A stretch of 64,000 nt of DNA, from positions 1,216,001-1,280,000 of the forward strand of contig CAWGLD010000001.1 in NCBI GenBank assembly GCA_963823335.1, written 5' to 3'. This document shows, one piece after another, positions 40,249 to 49,861 of this stretch. A program made the translations under genes and the position numbers. The DNA comes from an uncultured delta proteobacterium. GTDB taxonomy: Bacteria > Desulfobacterota > Desulfobacteria > Desulfobacterales > B30-G6. Every line of letters begins with the position of its first letter. Positions within the stretch are counted from its first letter, which is position 1. The notes under the pieces are model-generated. The model saw only the letters and a program-made list of their open reading frames with translations. It was not told the origin of the DNA and searched no databases.

Positions 40249-41313
40249 ATGGTACAGCTGGAACTGCTAAACCTGAGCAGATCGTATGGTTCGTTTGCAA
40301 TGACCAATGTTTGCCTGGCATTGAAGCGCGGACAGATTTTGTGCCTCCTGGGTCCTTCCGGTTGTGGAAAAACCACCTTGCTGCGGCTTGTGGCAGGGCT
40401 GGAAAAACCCGATTCCGGCACGGTTGTGCTGGAATCCCGGGACATAACCGGTACACCTCCCCATAAGCGGAAATTTGGCATGATGTTTCAGGATCTTGCT
40501 CTATTCCCCCATAAATCCGTTTTCGAAAATGTCGCTTACGGTCTGCGCATGTTGCGGCAGCGCCCGGCACAGATCCTGGAAAGGACGGAAGAAATGCTGT
40601 TGCTGGTGGGTCTTTCCAATATGGCTCAGCGGGATGTGGGGGATCTTTCGGGTGGCGAACAGCAGCGTGTGGCACTGGCCCGTAGTCTGGCTCCCGGGCC
40701 AAAACTGCTGATGCTGGACGAACCCTTGGGTGCCTTGGACCGTTCGCTCCGTGAACATCTGTTACAGGAAATCCGTTCGATTCTAAAGAAACTTGACGTT
40801 ACAGCCATTTTTGTTACACATGATCAGGCAGAAGCCTTGACCATGGGAGATGTTGTGGGGGTTATGGAGCAGGGTCGGCTCGTACAGGTGGATTCCCCCC
40901 AGGACTTATACATGAAACCGAGACATCCGTTTGTGGCCCGTTTCCTGGGATTTCAAAACCTGTTTTCAGGCGTTGCCCTGCCTGGTGGCGGTGTTGACAC
41001 CGTTATCGGAAAACTGGATATTTCCGATGATGATCTTAAAGCCCATGAAAGGGTTACGGTGGTGATCCGGCCCGAAATTGGCAGACAGCATGTGGGCGGG
41101 CCGGAATTGCCCCGGTATCACAAAATCGTCGGCACGGTTCAACAGCGGATTTTCTCAGGCCAGCTGTATCGTGTCAAGATGGTGGTTGACGAAGAAACGA
41201 CGTTGACGTTCGACCTGCCGAACACGGAACCACCTCCGGGTATTGGTGATGAAATTGCATTGTGGATCGATGTTGAAGAAATCATTCTGATCAGGGAAGG
41301 GCAAACACCGTGA
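40249..41313 (+). CDS. thiQ: Thiamine ABC transporter ATP-binding subunit
   Basis: GPSGCGKT, LSGGEQQR, TOBE-like tail. Confidence 0.88.
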   Translation: MVQLELLNLSRSYGSFAMTNVCLALKRGQILCLLGPSGCGKTTLLRLVAGLEKPDSGTVVLESRDITGTPPHKRKFGMMFQDLALFPHKSVFENVAYGLRMLRQRPAQILERTEEMLLLVGLSNMAQRDVGDLSGGEQQRVALARSLAPGPKLLMLDEPLGALDRSLREHLLQEIRSILKKLDVTAIFVTHDQAEALTMGDVVGVMEQGRLVQVDSPQDLYMKPRHPFVARFLGFQNLFSGVALPGGGVDTVIGKLDISDDDLKAHERVTVVIRPEIGRQHVGGPELPRYHKIVGTVQQRIFSGQLYRVKMVVDEETTLTFDLPNTEPPPGIGDEIALWIDVEEIILIREGQTP

Positions 41314-41996
41314 GAGCTGTGATTTTTGCAAACGGTATCATGAACCAATGGCCACTGGGCTTTGAACTGTCCCTGGAGCAGGACCTGGTTATCGCTGCGG
41401 ATGGCGGTTTCAACCATTGTCGGCAATGGAATGTGATGCCGCATATTATTGTGGGTGATATGGATTCCATCGATCCATCCGACATACCGACCCATGGTCG
41501 TGGGGAAATCGAGATTCAGCGGTTTCCTGCCAGGAAGGATGAAACAGATCTGCACCTGGCACTCCAGACGGCGATCGATCGAAATGCCGGTGACATCGTG
41601 ATTCTGGGGGCACTGGGGGCACGTTGGGATATGACATTTTCAAATGTTCTTCTTCTGCTGGCGCCATTTTTGCGCTGTGTGCATGTGAGAATTCTGGAAA
41701 GCCAATATGAATTTCTATGCCTTCACGGCCATCAGAAAATCGACCTGGTAGAAAAACCCGGTCATACCGTATCAATTCTTCCACTGGCCGGGCCTGTGAC
41801 AGGCATCAGGCTCCGCGGGTTTGAATTCTCCCTTGATAACGAAACACTTTCTTTGGGGACCACCCGGGGTATCAGCAATATTTTTAAGGATGAAAAAGCT
41901 GAGATTGAAATCGAAGCAGGGCATCTGCTGGTGGTGATTGATCGAACCCAGGTCAACAAAAACGTCATGACAGGGCCTATTGGATCCGGAATCTGA
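41310..41996 (+). CDS. thiN: Thiamine diphosphokinase
   Basis: IAADGG, VGDMDS, KDETD, GALGARWD, GISN. Confidence 0.93.
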   Translation: MRAVIFANGIMNQWPLGFELSLEQDLVIAADGGFNHCRQWNVMPHIIVGDMDSIDPSDIPTHGRGEIEIQRFPARKDETDLHLALQTAIDRNAGDIVILGALGARWDMTFSNVLLLLAPFLRCVHVRILESQYEFLCLHGHQKIDLVEKPGHTVSILPLAGPVTGIRLRGFEFSLDNETLSLGTTRGISNIFKDEKAEIEIEAGHLLVVIDRTQVNKNVMTGPIGSGI

Positions 41997-41997
41997 T

Positions 41998-42171
41998 ATG
42001 AATCGTTTACAATCTGAAAAACTACACCACACAGACCCTTACATCGTGTGTACCCGTTATAAGGGGAACCCCAAAAAGCATATTGCCGTCTGTCACAAGT
42101 GTCAGTGGCGTAAGACCTGCCAGGCGTTTAAACGCTATTGGCAGCCTGAACTTCCCTTCCGGTCCGGATAA
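41998..42171 (+). CDS. Small hypothetical Cys-rich protein
   Basis: 57 aa, ATG directly after the thiN stop; C-x13-CxxC-x5-C. Confidence 0.55.
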   Translation: MNRLQSEKLHHTDPYIVCTRYKGNPKKHIAVCHKCQWRKTCQAFKRYWQPELPFRSG

Positions 42172-42173
42172 AA

Positions 42174-42203
42174 AAAGGCAGACCCTGCATGGGACCTGCC
42201 TTT
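42174..42203 (-). terminator. Intrinsic terminator between convergent genes
   Basis: AAAGGCAG...CTGCCTTT stem with a left-hand A-run (U-tract on the minus strand). Confidence 0.6.
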
Positions 42204-42237
42204 GGATTGGATCAATCGATTTCGTCAGCCGGCGGTG

Positions 42238-43218
42238 TTATTTTTTGCCATTGCCTCCTGCAGCACCACCGGAACCGCCGCCCTTGGAATCTCCCATACC
42301 GCCAGCACCGCCGTTACCGGTGTCTGATCCGCTTTGCGAACCACCCGGGTCGCCGGTTGCGTTTCCAGAACCACTGCCAGCATTTCCGCTGCCACCGCCT
42401 TGATCAGCGCCTGATTGACCGGCATTGCCCTCACCGTTGTTGCCGTTGCCTTCATTCCAAGAGCCTGAATCTCCCGGGCTTTCCCCCTGGCTTATTTTAT
42501 GCGCGAACCGATTTGCCAGTTGATTTGGAGATGTCTGTTGTTGGGACTGGCTGGTGAAATTTGACCCTAACTGCTGCATTTCCCGGGCGGTAAATTGGTT
42601 TTGAAGTGCCTGAGAAACCACATGGGAGACATTGTTCGGATCGACACCCAGGCGGGCCATGACTCTTGCGGTCAAAAACGTCTGTAGACAAAGTTCATCG
42701 GCACTGTTTTGTGACATCTGGCGGGTGCGGGTCTGTAATTGTGCCATGACAGGTTGCATGTCTTTGTCCTGGAGGCCGGCTCCCATGCCCTGGGCAATAG
42801 ACAGTTCGAGACTGTTTTGCGTTTCTTCATCCGTTGTTAATTCACGTGCTTTCCGATATGCATAGGCATAACGCGACTGGGTCATTTTCATGGCCTGGAC
42901 AATGCGTTCATCTGGTTGGTTTTTGGCCATTCCCTCGAAAGCCTTGTCCATGACCGGCTCCACTGGAAGACCCGACTGCATTGTTTCCATGAGCGTGTTC
43001 TGGGCCTGGATGATGTGTCTTTCCTGGAAGCGATGCTGCAGCATGGCCCGGGTCAGCTGGGTTGCATCGTCTTGGGAGATGCCGGCCTGAACCATCTGGC
43101 GGGTGTTGTTTCTTATCTGAAGGCTGGTGTTTTTCGGCAGGGCATCGTCTATTTCATCCGCCCAGGCAGGACATACCCAAAACATCAGTGCCATCAGTAT
43201 CAATAGTGTCTTTTTCAT
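42238..43218 (-). CDS. Secreted hypothetical protein with Gly/Ser/Asn-rich tail
   Basis: Signal peptide ending AWA-D; Gln/Met-rich helical body; low-complexity C-terminus. Confidence 0.85.
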   Translation of the reverse strand: MKKTLLILMALMFWVCPAWADEIDDALPKNTSLQIRNNTRQMVQAGISQDDATQLTRAMLQHRFQERHIIQAQNTLMETMQSGLPVEPVMDKAFEGMAKNQPDERIVQAMKMTQSRYAYAYRKARELTTDEETQNSLELSIAQGMGAGLQDKDMQPVMAQLQTRTRQMSQNSADELCLQTFLTARVMARLGVDPNNVSHVVSQALQNQFTAREMQQLGSNFTSQSQQQTSPNQLANRFAHKISQGESPGDSGSWNEGNGNNGEGNAGQSGADQGGGSGNAGSGSGNATGDPGGSQSGSDTGNGGAGGMGDSKGGGSGGAAGGNGKK

Positions 43219-43253
43219 TTTTTGCCTCCGTTGGTGTTGTGGTTTATGCCTTC

Positions 43254-43281
43254 ATAACGGATGGGACGGCAAAAGGTTACA
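43254..43281 (-). promoter_or_regulatory. Putative ECF promoter, copy 2
   Basis: TGTAACC-TTTTGCCGTCCCATC-CGTTAT. Confidence 0.8.
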
Positions 43282-43603
43282 GGTCCGGTATAAAAATGCA
43301 GTTTTCAAATCCAAAATCATCTTTCTCTCTATATGGGCAATCCGGTATAATCGGCTGATCGTCGGTGATAAAAAAATACGTGAATTCCTGGTCGGCAGGA
43401 AGGGGTATGCACCAGGCGTTTTTGGAATGCCGGGTTAACGAGTGACGCTGAAATCCGTCCAGGGAACTCGCGAAGAACGCCGTCTGGCTGGTGGTATCTT
43501 TCAGGCATAGATAAACCTGATTGCCTTTGACTTTTTGATAAGGCATGGCGCAGCCCCCAAGAGCCCATAAGGTGAGGAGCATGGAGAGGACCAGTCTTTT
43601 CAT
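43277..43603 (-). CDS. Lipoprotein with CBM48-like Ig domain
   Basis: Lipobox LGGC; FASSLDGF...W...EFTYFF...D...EKDDFGFEN. Confidence 0.75.
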   Translation of the reverse strand: MKRLVLSMLLTLWALGGCAMPYQKVKGNQVYLCLKDTTSQTAFFASSLDGFQRHSLTRHSKNAWCIPLPADQEFTYFFITDDQPIIPDCPYREKDDFGFENCIFIPDL

Positions 43604-44163
43604 ACCGCGTTTCCAACCAAGAGGACCGAATTTTGACCGCCGAAGTCATCCTGTTCCCTGGTCAATATGGTAGGGTCGGGAAAACTTTCCCGCCCGTTCA
43701 ATACATAGCTGAATCGGTGCTCACCTTCCGGCAGCGCCAGTACGATTTCCCAGTATCCGCTGTTCCCCACAGCTTGCATGGGAACCCTTTGCCAGTCTGT
43801 AAAACTGCCGGTAATTTCTGCACGGGTAACATCCGGTCGATAAATGACAAATCGATTTGGCTGAAGGTTGATTGGAGGAGACCACAGCATAAGAATCAAA
43901 ACAGCGACAACTGCAGCCAGGGATGCCGGTATAAGACGTTTAGGTTGTACCACAAAAGCCCGTATCTTTTCCCATGCCGTTATGCTTGCAAAGGTGCTGT
44001 CCGGAATTTGTCTGACGACTTCTCCTCGAATGAGCATTTCCTGTTTCAATAATAGGAGTGCGTCATCCGCTGTCGAGGGATCGTTTTTAAGATGACGGAC
44101 AAAAGAAATTTTATCCTCTATGGTCATTTCGTCATCGATGAACAGACTGTTTAAATGGTCCAT
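43600..44163 (-). CDS. Anti-sigma-like membrane protein with CBM48 (AMPK1_CBM-type) domain
   Basis: N-terminal SLFIDDEM, one TM helix, GSFTDW...GYWEIVLALPEGEHRFSYVLNG...DP...DDFGGQNSVL. Confidence 0.82.
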   Translation of the reverse strand: MDHLNSLFIDDEMTIEDKISFVRHLKNDPSTADDALLLLKQEMLIRGEVVRQIPDSTFASITAWEKIRAFVVQPKRLIPASLAAVVAVLILMLWSPPINLQPNRFVIYRPDVTRAEITGSFTDWQRVPMQAVGNSGYWEIVLALPEGEHRFSYVLNGRESFPDPTILTREQDDFGGQNSVLLVGNAV

Positions 44164-44164
44164 T

Positions 44165-44638
44165 TTATACCTCGTTCTTCAGGATTGATTTTAGCTTAAT
44201 CCGGGCTCGATGAATTTTAATTTTGACATTCGCTTCACTGATTCCAACGATTCCGGCAATATCCCGGTAGGTTAAATTGCTGCTGATTTTCAAATTTAGA
44301 ATATCCTGCTCCATGGGTTCAAGGCCCTGCAGGGCTTTCAACACCTCACGGTAGGTTTCTCTGACCATTAAATCATGTTCGTGATCTTGAGCACCATGGT
44401 CTTCTGTTAAGGTCTGCCGTTTTCCGTCGCGACATTTACGCTTTTCATCAATTAGTGCATTTCTGGCAATCTTGAAAAGCAGGGCTTTGCACCAGACACT
44501 TGATCCATAGCGGTCCAAAAGACGTGTGAAACTCTCCTGTTGTATGTCCGATGCCAGATAGTAGTCACCGGTCATGCGCATGAGATACGCGAACAAGCTG
44601 TTCTTGTGTTCGATATAAAATTGATTGAAGACCTTCAC
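44165..44638 (-). CDS. ECF RNA polymerase sigma factor
   Basis: ASDIQQESF, LFKIARNALID, YRDIAGIVGISEANVKIKIHRAR. Confidence 0.93.
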   Translation of the reverse strand: MKVFNQFYIEHKNSLFAYLMRMTGDYYLASDIQQESFTRLLDRYGSSVWCKALLFKIARNALIDEKRKCRDGKRQTLTEDHGAQDHEHDLMVRETYREVLKALQGLEPMEQDILNLKISSNLTYRDIAGIVGISEANVKIKIHRARIKLKSILKNEV

Positions 44639-44648
44639 CTTGAATCCA

Positions 44649-44676
44649 ATAACGTTTCAACGATAAAAAGGTTACA
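44649..44676 (-). promoter_or_regulatory. Putative ECF promoter, copy 1 (autoregulatory)
   Basis: TGTAACC-TTTTTATCGTTGAAA-CGTTAT. Confidence 0.8.
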
Positions 44677-44679
44677 AAA

Positions 44680-44726
44680 ACAAATTAAGAGGTCAGGTTT
44701 CCAGGCAACCTGACCTCTTAATTTGT
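44680..44726 (-). terminator. Intrinsic terminator after prfB
   Basis: Perfect 20-bp stem ACAAATTAAGAGGTCAGGTT / AACCTGACCTCTTAATTTGT with a T-run on the minus strand. Confidence 0.8.
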
Positions 44727-44831
44727 ATCGTAAAAAAGATAGCATACACCTGGGGGAATATCCAGACAATGGCGCTATCGCTACTATATTGCATATAATA
44801 ACAAATAATTATCTATGTTTTGCCCTGTTGT

Positions 44832-45948
44832 TTATGCAACGATAGGGTCTATTTTTTTGCGCGATAGCAGGACCTTTTCGATGAAGGGGTCGATGTCACC
44901 ATCCAGGACGGCGTTGATATTTCCGATGTCGAGATTCACCCGATGATCCTTGACCATCTGGTATGGATGCAGCACATAAGACCGAATCTGGTTGCCCCAT
45001 GCAATGTCATCTTTATTCTGGTGAAGTTTCTGCTTTTTTTCTTCCTGCTTCTGCTTCTCAGCCTGATAAAGGCGTGACATCAATACCTTCATGGCCATTT
45101 CCCTGTTGCGGTGCTGCGATTTTTCTTGCTGGCACTGGACGACAATTCCTGTGGGCAGGTGGGTGATACGGACGGCGCTGCTGGTTTTATTGACGTGCTG
45201 CCCCCCGGCGCCACTTGCACGGTAAACGTCGATCCTCAGCTCTTTGTCTTCGATGTCTATGGAGATGTTGCTGTCAAGTTCAGGGTAGACAAAGACGGAA
45301 GCAAAGGATGTATGACGTTTGCCGCTGGCGTTAAAAGGCGAAATACGGACCAGTCGATGCACGCCACTTTCTGAACGCATGTAACCAAAGGCATATTCTC
45401 CCGTAGCCGTAAAAGTGACGCCTTTGATTCCGGCTTCATCGCCGGGCTGGTAATCGATCACATCGAGTTTATAGCCTTTTCTTTCGACCCAGCGTGTGTA
45501 CATTCTGAAGAGCATTTCAGCCCAGTCCTGTGCTTCGGTACCGCCGGCACCCGCATTGATGGAAACAATGGCGTTCTTTTCATCGTCCTCCCCATCCAAC
45601 ATAAGTTTTAGCGAAAGGGCCCTGGCCCGGGCCTGGATATCGGCGATGGACCGGGTTACCTCGTTGACGGTTTTTTCATCAGATTCTTCCACGGCGAGGT
45701 CTATCAGGATATCACACTCTTCCAGATCTGATTTCAGGTTGGTGTAGATCTTAATTTGTTCTGTAAGGGACGTGCGTTCTTTCAATATTGAGGTCGTGCT
45801 GTCGTGATTGTCCCAAAACCCATTGCCAGCCATGGTGGTTTCGATTTCTTTGAGACGTTTTTCTTTTCCTTCTATGTCAAAGATAGTCTTTCAGGTTTTC
45901 CAGCTGCAGTTCCAGATCTTCAATGGCCTGTTTTAATTCGAGTGACAT
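44832..45948 (-). CDS. prfB: Peptide chain release factor 2 with programmed +1 frameshift
   Basis: 23-codon ORF MSLELKQ...KDYL, then CTT TGA C (45882-45876), then a frame containing the SPF and GGQ motifs. Confidence 0.97.
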
Positions 45949-45960
45949 AATTGTTTCCTC

Positions 45961-47541
45961 CTAAACTTTTTGTGATCGATTTGATCTGGTTTGTTTTGCC
46001 CGCAGCATGATAACAATCGCGACGAGAATACAAGAAACAGCGAACATGTCTCCAAAACGGACATAGTGGGTCTGCCCGCTCATTAAGGGAATGTCTTCTC
46101 CTATACTAGCATCTTCAAAAAGAGCTGTCTCTGAAACGATTCTCCCAATCGGATCGATAAAGCCGCTGATACCGGTGTTGGCGGATCTTACAAGCGCCCT
46201 TCGTGTTTCAACGGTCCTGAAAACCGCCATGGAAAAATGTTGATAGGGGGCACTTGTGGTGCCATACCAGGCATCATTTGTAATGTTGATGAGCAGCTCG
46301 GCTCCGTTTTGTACGGCGGCTCGCGACAGATACGGAAAGATGAGTTCGTAACAAATCAGTGCCCCTATCTTATGTTTTCCCCAGTCGAGTGTGTCGCCGA
46401 CAGGTCCGGTGGAAAAATCCCCCACATGTTCGACCATTTTCCCCAGAAAGGGAAGCCATGGCTTCAAAGGAACATATTCGCCAAAAGGAACCAGGTGCGC
46501 TTTGTCGTAACTGTCGGTAATGACCCCATCGAAGCGGACCAGAAAGGCACGGTTGTAGTATTGAATCTGTTCCGCTTTCCGTTTATAGGCCGGACTTCCA
46601 AGCAGGGTATCTGTTGCGCCGGATTGAATCCCCTGGATAACTATTTTTGTCAGGGGTATGTGGTTGACAAAATAGAACGGCATGGCCGTTTCCGGCCAGA
46701 CAATGAGGTCCGGACGATTATTCGGCTCTGTTTTCGACAGTTGCAGATACTTCTCTATGGTCGATATCTGATATGCCGGGTCCCATTTCTTTGTCTGATC
46801 TATATTTCCCTGAACAATTGTGATTCTTTTATGTGGTGCCCGTGATATCCTGTCTTCCATGGTGGAAATTCGCCATGCACCATAGTACCAGACAGCCCCA
46901 ATTGTGACACCCACAATGACGGCACAGGTGAACAATTGTCTGAAGCCTATTTTTTGCCCCTGCCAATCCTGCCTGGTAGCATATTGATACAGGAGGAACA
47001 GCAAGCCATTTGACAGCGATATCAGAAAGGATATCCCGTAAACACCTACCATATCTGAAATCTGTATGATGTGCAACGCGTTATATTGCGTGTGGCCAAG
47101 GAGTTCCCAGGGGAATCCACTGAAAAGGAAAGACCGCATAAATTCAAGAGAAACCCATAGCGTCGGTACTGAAAAAAACAGCGCGGTCATAGACATGCCA
47201 ATGCATGTGAGAGCCATTGAGAATAGTCCGATATAGATTGCCAAATATAATGACAAAAGCAAGAGGATGCCTGTGCTGATGGCTATCGGGAACGGGCCAT
47301 AGGTGTTCAGGAAGGGCACGAACCAGTACAAAAGGGTCAGATAGTGAACAACTCCGGTTAGAAGGCCAAGTCCAAAGCCATGCAAGGCAGACAGGTTTCT
47401 CAATGCAGCCAATAAAGGAACCAGGGCGAACCAGGCCACGGAGCTGTTTCCGAGAACGGGAAAAGATGCCGTCAGCAACAGGCCGCTCAAGCAGGCGTAT
47501 GTCAAGCGAGTGATCGTTACAGGTTGCTTTAAGCGGGTCAT
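45961..47541 (-). CDS. lnt: Apolipoprotein N-acyltransferase
   Basis: GFPW, VQGNI, WPETA, KAHLVPFGEY, ICYE, TNDAWY. Confidence 0.96.
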   Translation of the reverse strand: MTRLKQPVTITRLTYACLSGLLLTASFPVLGNSSVAWFALVPLLAALRNLSALHGFGLGLLTGVVHYLTLLYWFVPFLNTYGPFPIAISTGILLLLSLYLAIYIGLFSMALTCIGMSMTALFFSVPTLWVSLEFMRSFLFSGFPWELLGHTQYNALHIIQISDMVGVYGISFLISLSNGLLFLLYQYATRQDWQGQKIGFRQLFTCAVIVGVTIGAVWYYGAWRISTMEDRISRAPHKRITIVQGNIDQTKKWDPAYQISTIEKYLQLSKTEPNNRPDLIVWPETAMPFYFVNHIPLTKIVIQGIQSGATDTLLGSPAYKRKAEQIQYYNRAFLVRFDGVITDSYDKAHLVPFGEYVPLKPWLPFLGKMVEHVGDFSTGPVGDTLDWGKHKIGALICYELIFPYLSRAAVQNGAELLINITNDAWYGTTSAPYQHFSMAVFRTVETRRALVRSANTGISGFIDPIGRIVSETALFEDASIGEDIPLMSGQTHYVRFGDMFAVSCILVAIVIMLRAKQTRSNRSQKV

Positions 47542-47566
47542 GTTGTTTGTTTAAACCTCTTGTTAG

Positions 47567-47739
47567 TAGAAGCCATCTCAAAAAAGTTTTTTGGCCCAAT
47601 TTCTGTGTTGGTCCCTTGCTTCAACTCCTCGGAACGCTACAGTATGCCTGCGGGTTGACGTTCGGGCCCGTCTTGAACTTGACGAAGATCCCGCTCTTTT
47701 TGCGGGGAACCAAAACCCATTTTTTGAGATGACTTCTGA
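47567..47739 (-). repeat. Family A hairpin element with an extra ~26-nt mini-hairpin insert
   Basis: Near-identical inverse of 19759-19904 plus the insert GAAGATCCCGCTCTTTTTGCGGGGA. Confidence 0.88.
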
Positions 47740-48030
47740 TTTTACCGGTCTTCAGGGCGACAACGACCTGTTTCATGAGATCGTGTAGCGATTCTGTGAC
47801 CGGAAACAGTATGCTCTGGCTGGATATTCAGATACATTTTCTAAGGCAAATTATCAATACTTCTGATGGTATTTCTCCTATTGACCTCCTGGGTACAATA
47901 AATTAAGATATATAAAATATTAATCATATTTTTATTCCAGTCTCATGCCGCAGCAATGGTTTTGACTGGGTACACTGTATTGGGCTCTTGTTTCAACGCC
48001 TCACGATTCTATTCTTTAAGGGGATTTCAG

Positions 48031-48501
48031 ATGATGAATTCAGAAGAAGAATTGGAACGGTATCGTACCATTGGTCGCCTTGTTGAACTGATTTATAAAA
48101 TACCCACAGGCCGTTTAAAATCGTTTCTGGGACAGCTGGAAAAAGAGATATCCGACAAAGGTGTTGGTGAAAGTGAGCGGAGGCATGTCCGCGTAGACTG
48201 TTTTGTCCGTGTTGATTACACCGATTCGGAAAGGATTTTTAAAGACTATATTGAAGATATCAGCACGAGTGGTGTTTTCATCAAGTCCCGAGAATCTTTT
48301 TCCGTTGGGGAGGAGATCGTTCTATCCATGTCGCTTTCCAAGGAAGGGAGTGCGTTCAAGATACCGGCTACTGTTGTTCGTGCAGCCCCGGATGGCATCG
48401 GTGTCAGGTTTAAGACCACAAGCCAGGTGCAGGAAGCCATCATTGAATCATTGATAGAGAGCATCAACGCGCAAAAAGAGCATGCGCCAATGAGTCATTA
48501 A
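48031..48501 (+). CDS. PilZ domain protein
   Basis: ERRHVR and DISTSGVFI c-di-GMP-binding motifs, GIGVRF. Confidence 0.88.
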   Translation: MMNSEEELERYRTIGRLVELIYKIPTGRLKSFLGQLEKEISDKGVGESERRHVRVDCFVRVDYTDSERIFKDYIEDISTSGVFIKSRESFSVGEEIVLSMSLSKEGSAFKIPATVVRAAPDGIGVRFKTTSQVQEAIIESLIESINAQKEHAPMSH

Positions 48502-48527
48502 ATCCATTCGTATAAGAAGACATTGTT

Positions 48528-48863
48528 ATGCATAGTAAAAATGTAACCCAGGCAGATATTGACTGGGAGAACCGAACGTTGTGTTTGGATGAGAGTTGTA
48601 TCGGTGTGATCGGCCCGGATGGCCGCTGCAAGGAATGCGGCAAGACGTATGAAGGCTATGAACATGGAACAGCCGATTCAGCCGATATAGTGGAGACAGA
48701 CGTTCTCGATGAAAGCGATCTCGAGGATGCGGATCCGGTTGAAGTCGAATTTGATACGGATTGGGAGAGCCGAACATTGTGTGTCGATGAAAGCTGCATC
48801 GGTGTGGTCGGTCCGGATGGTCGATGTAAAGAATGTGGGAAACCCTACGGGGAAAAGGGATAG
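48528..48863 (+). CDS. Small acidic protein with duplicated C-x4-C-x9-CxxC module
   Basis: DWENRTLCLDESCIGVIGPDGRCKECGK and DWESRTLCVDESCIGVVGPDGRCKECGK. Confidence 0.85.
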   Translation: MHSKNVTQADIDWENRTLCLDESCIGVIGPDGRCKECGKTYEGYEHGTADSADIVETDVLDESDLEDADPVEVEFDTDWESRTLCVDESCIGVVGPDGRCKECGKPYGEKG

Positions 48864-48870
48864 ACCCCGT

Positions 48871-48946
48871 TTGAACCGCAACCGCGAGCGCATTCCCCGT
48901 AGGTTCTGCCGTCCGGCAGTGGTTCGCATTCTGCGGGGTTCTTCAA
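48871..48946 (-). repeat. Family B REP-like element, full copy
   Basis: Minus strand TTGAAGAACCCCGCAGAATGCGAACCACTGCCGGACGGCAGAACCTACGGGGAATGCGCTCGCGGTTGCGGTTCAA. Confidence 0.85.
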
Positions 48947-48994
48947 TAGAACGTTGAAAAAGAAACCTTGCTACCGACAGGGGAGGTGTTTGAA

Positions 48995-49414
48995 ATGCTC
49001 AGACTGGGATCAAAACCAGAAAATATGAGAGAAATGGAACTGGATGATATTTTTATCTCAAGGCTTCAGCTTCTTATCATCATGACCAAGTCATATTTGA
49101 ACAAATATCCCCTGGGCAATTATCGTGAACGTAGTATCCTGGAAAATGCTGAGTTTGTAAAAGTCGACGCTGTGGGATTGGCAGAGGATATCGCATTTTT
49201 TGGATGGGATGATGCGTCTCATAACGGATTGAAATTCGAGCCGGTTTTCTATCAGAGGGTTAAATTGCTGGCGGTCATGGCTGAGGCTTTTGCCAAAGGG
49301 CATTCTCTAGAAGAGCATAAACAGGAGGCCCTCGAGAAAAATCTGAATACGATTTGTGAGACCATCACTTTCAGTAAAACCATCAGTGATATGCAGTTTC
49401 TAAAAGTTGCGTGA
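48995..49414 (+). CDS. Hypothetical protein
   Basis: ATG after GGAGG; weak internal repeat (FISRLQLL / FYQRVKLL). Confidence 0.7.
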   Translation: MLRLGSKPENMREMELDDIFISRLQLLIIMTKSYLNKYPLGNYRERSILENAEFVKVDAVGLAEDIAFFGWDDASHNGLKFEPVFYQRVKLLAVMAEAFAKGHSLEEHKQEALEKNLNTICETITFSKTISDMQFLKVA

Positions 49415-49823
49415 GGCTACCATTATAGCAAACGTGAAAATAGCCGTTATCGATGAAGATGTCATCGTCAGAGACTTTGTTGTCAGTACGTTAATGTACA
49501 GTGTCAACAGAGAGGTTCTGACCTTCGACAACGGGTTTGATGCCTGGGTTTATTTTGAGGAAAATGGCTTTCCCGATATGGTCATTGCGGATGTCAACCT
49601 GCAGGAAATTGACGGCCTTGCACTGGTGTCCAAGATAAAAGAAGCCAATCCAGGAACCGTCGTTGTGCTTTTCTCAGATTCGCCGGGAAATGAATCAAAG
49701 GCGAGGGAAAAGGGAGCTGATGCATTTTTAGCAAAACCATTCGGCGTCAATGAACTATTCAATCTGGTCCAGACCTATGTGGTCGAACAGGACCCTGCCG
49801 GTGCTCCTTCCACTCCCGCTTAA
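49407..49823 (+). CDS. Single-domain response regulator (CheY-like)
   Basis: IAVIDED, DMVIADV, DGLAL, GADAFLAKPF. Confidence 0.88.
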   Translation: MREATIIANVKIAVIDEDVIVRDFVVSTLMYSVNREVLTFDNGFDAWVYFEENGFPDMVIADVNLQEIDGLALVSKIKEANPGTVVVLFSDSPGNESKAREKGADAFLAKPFGVNELFNLVQTYVVEQDPAGAPSTPA

Positions 49824-49861
49824 AAACTAAACTGAGCGTTTCAAAAAAATTCAAGAAGTAA

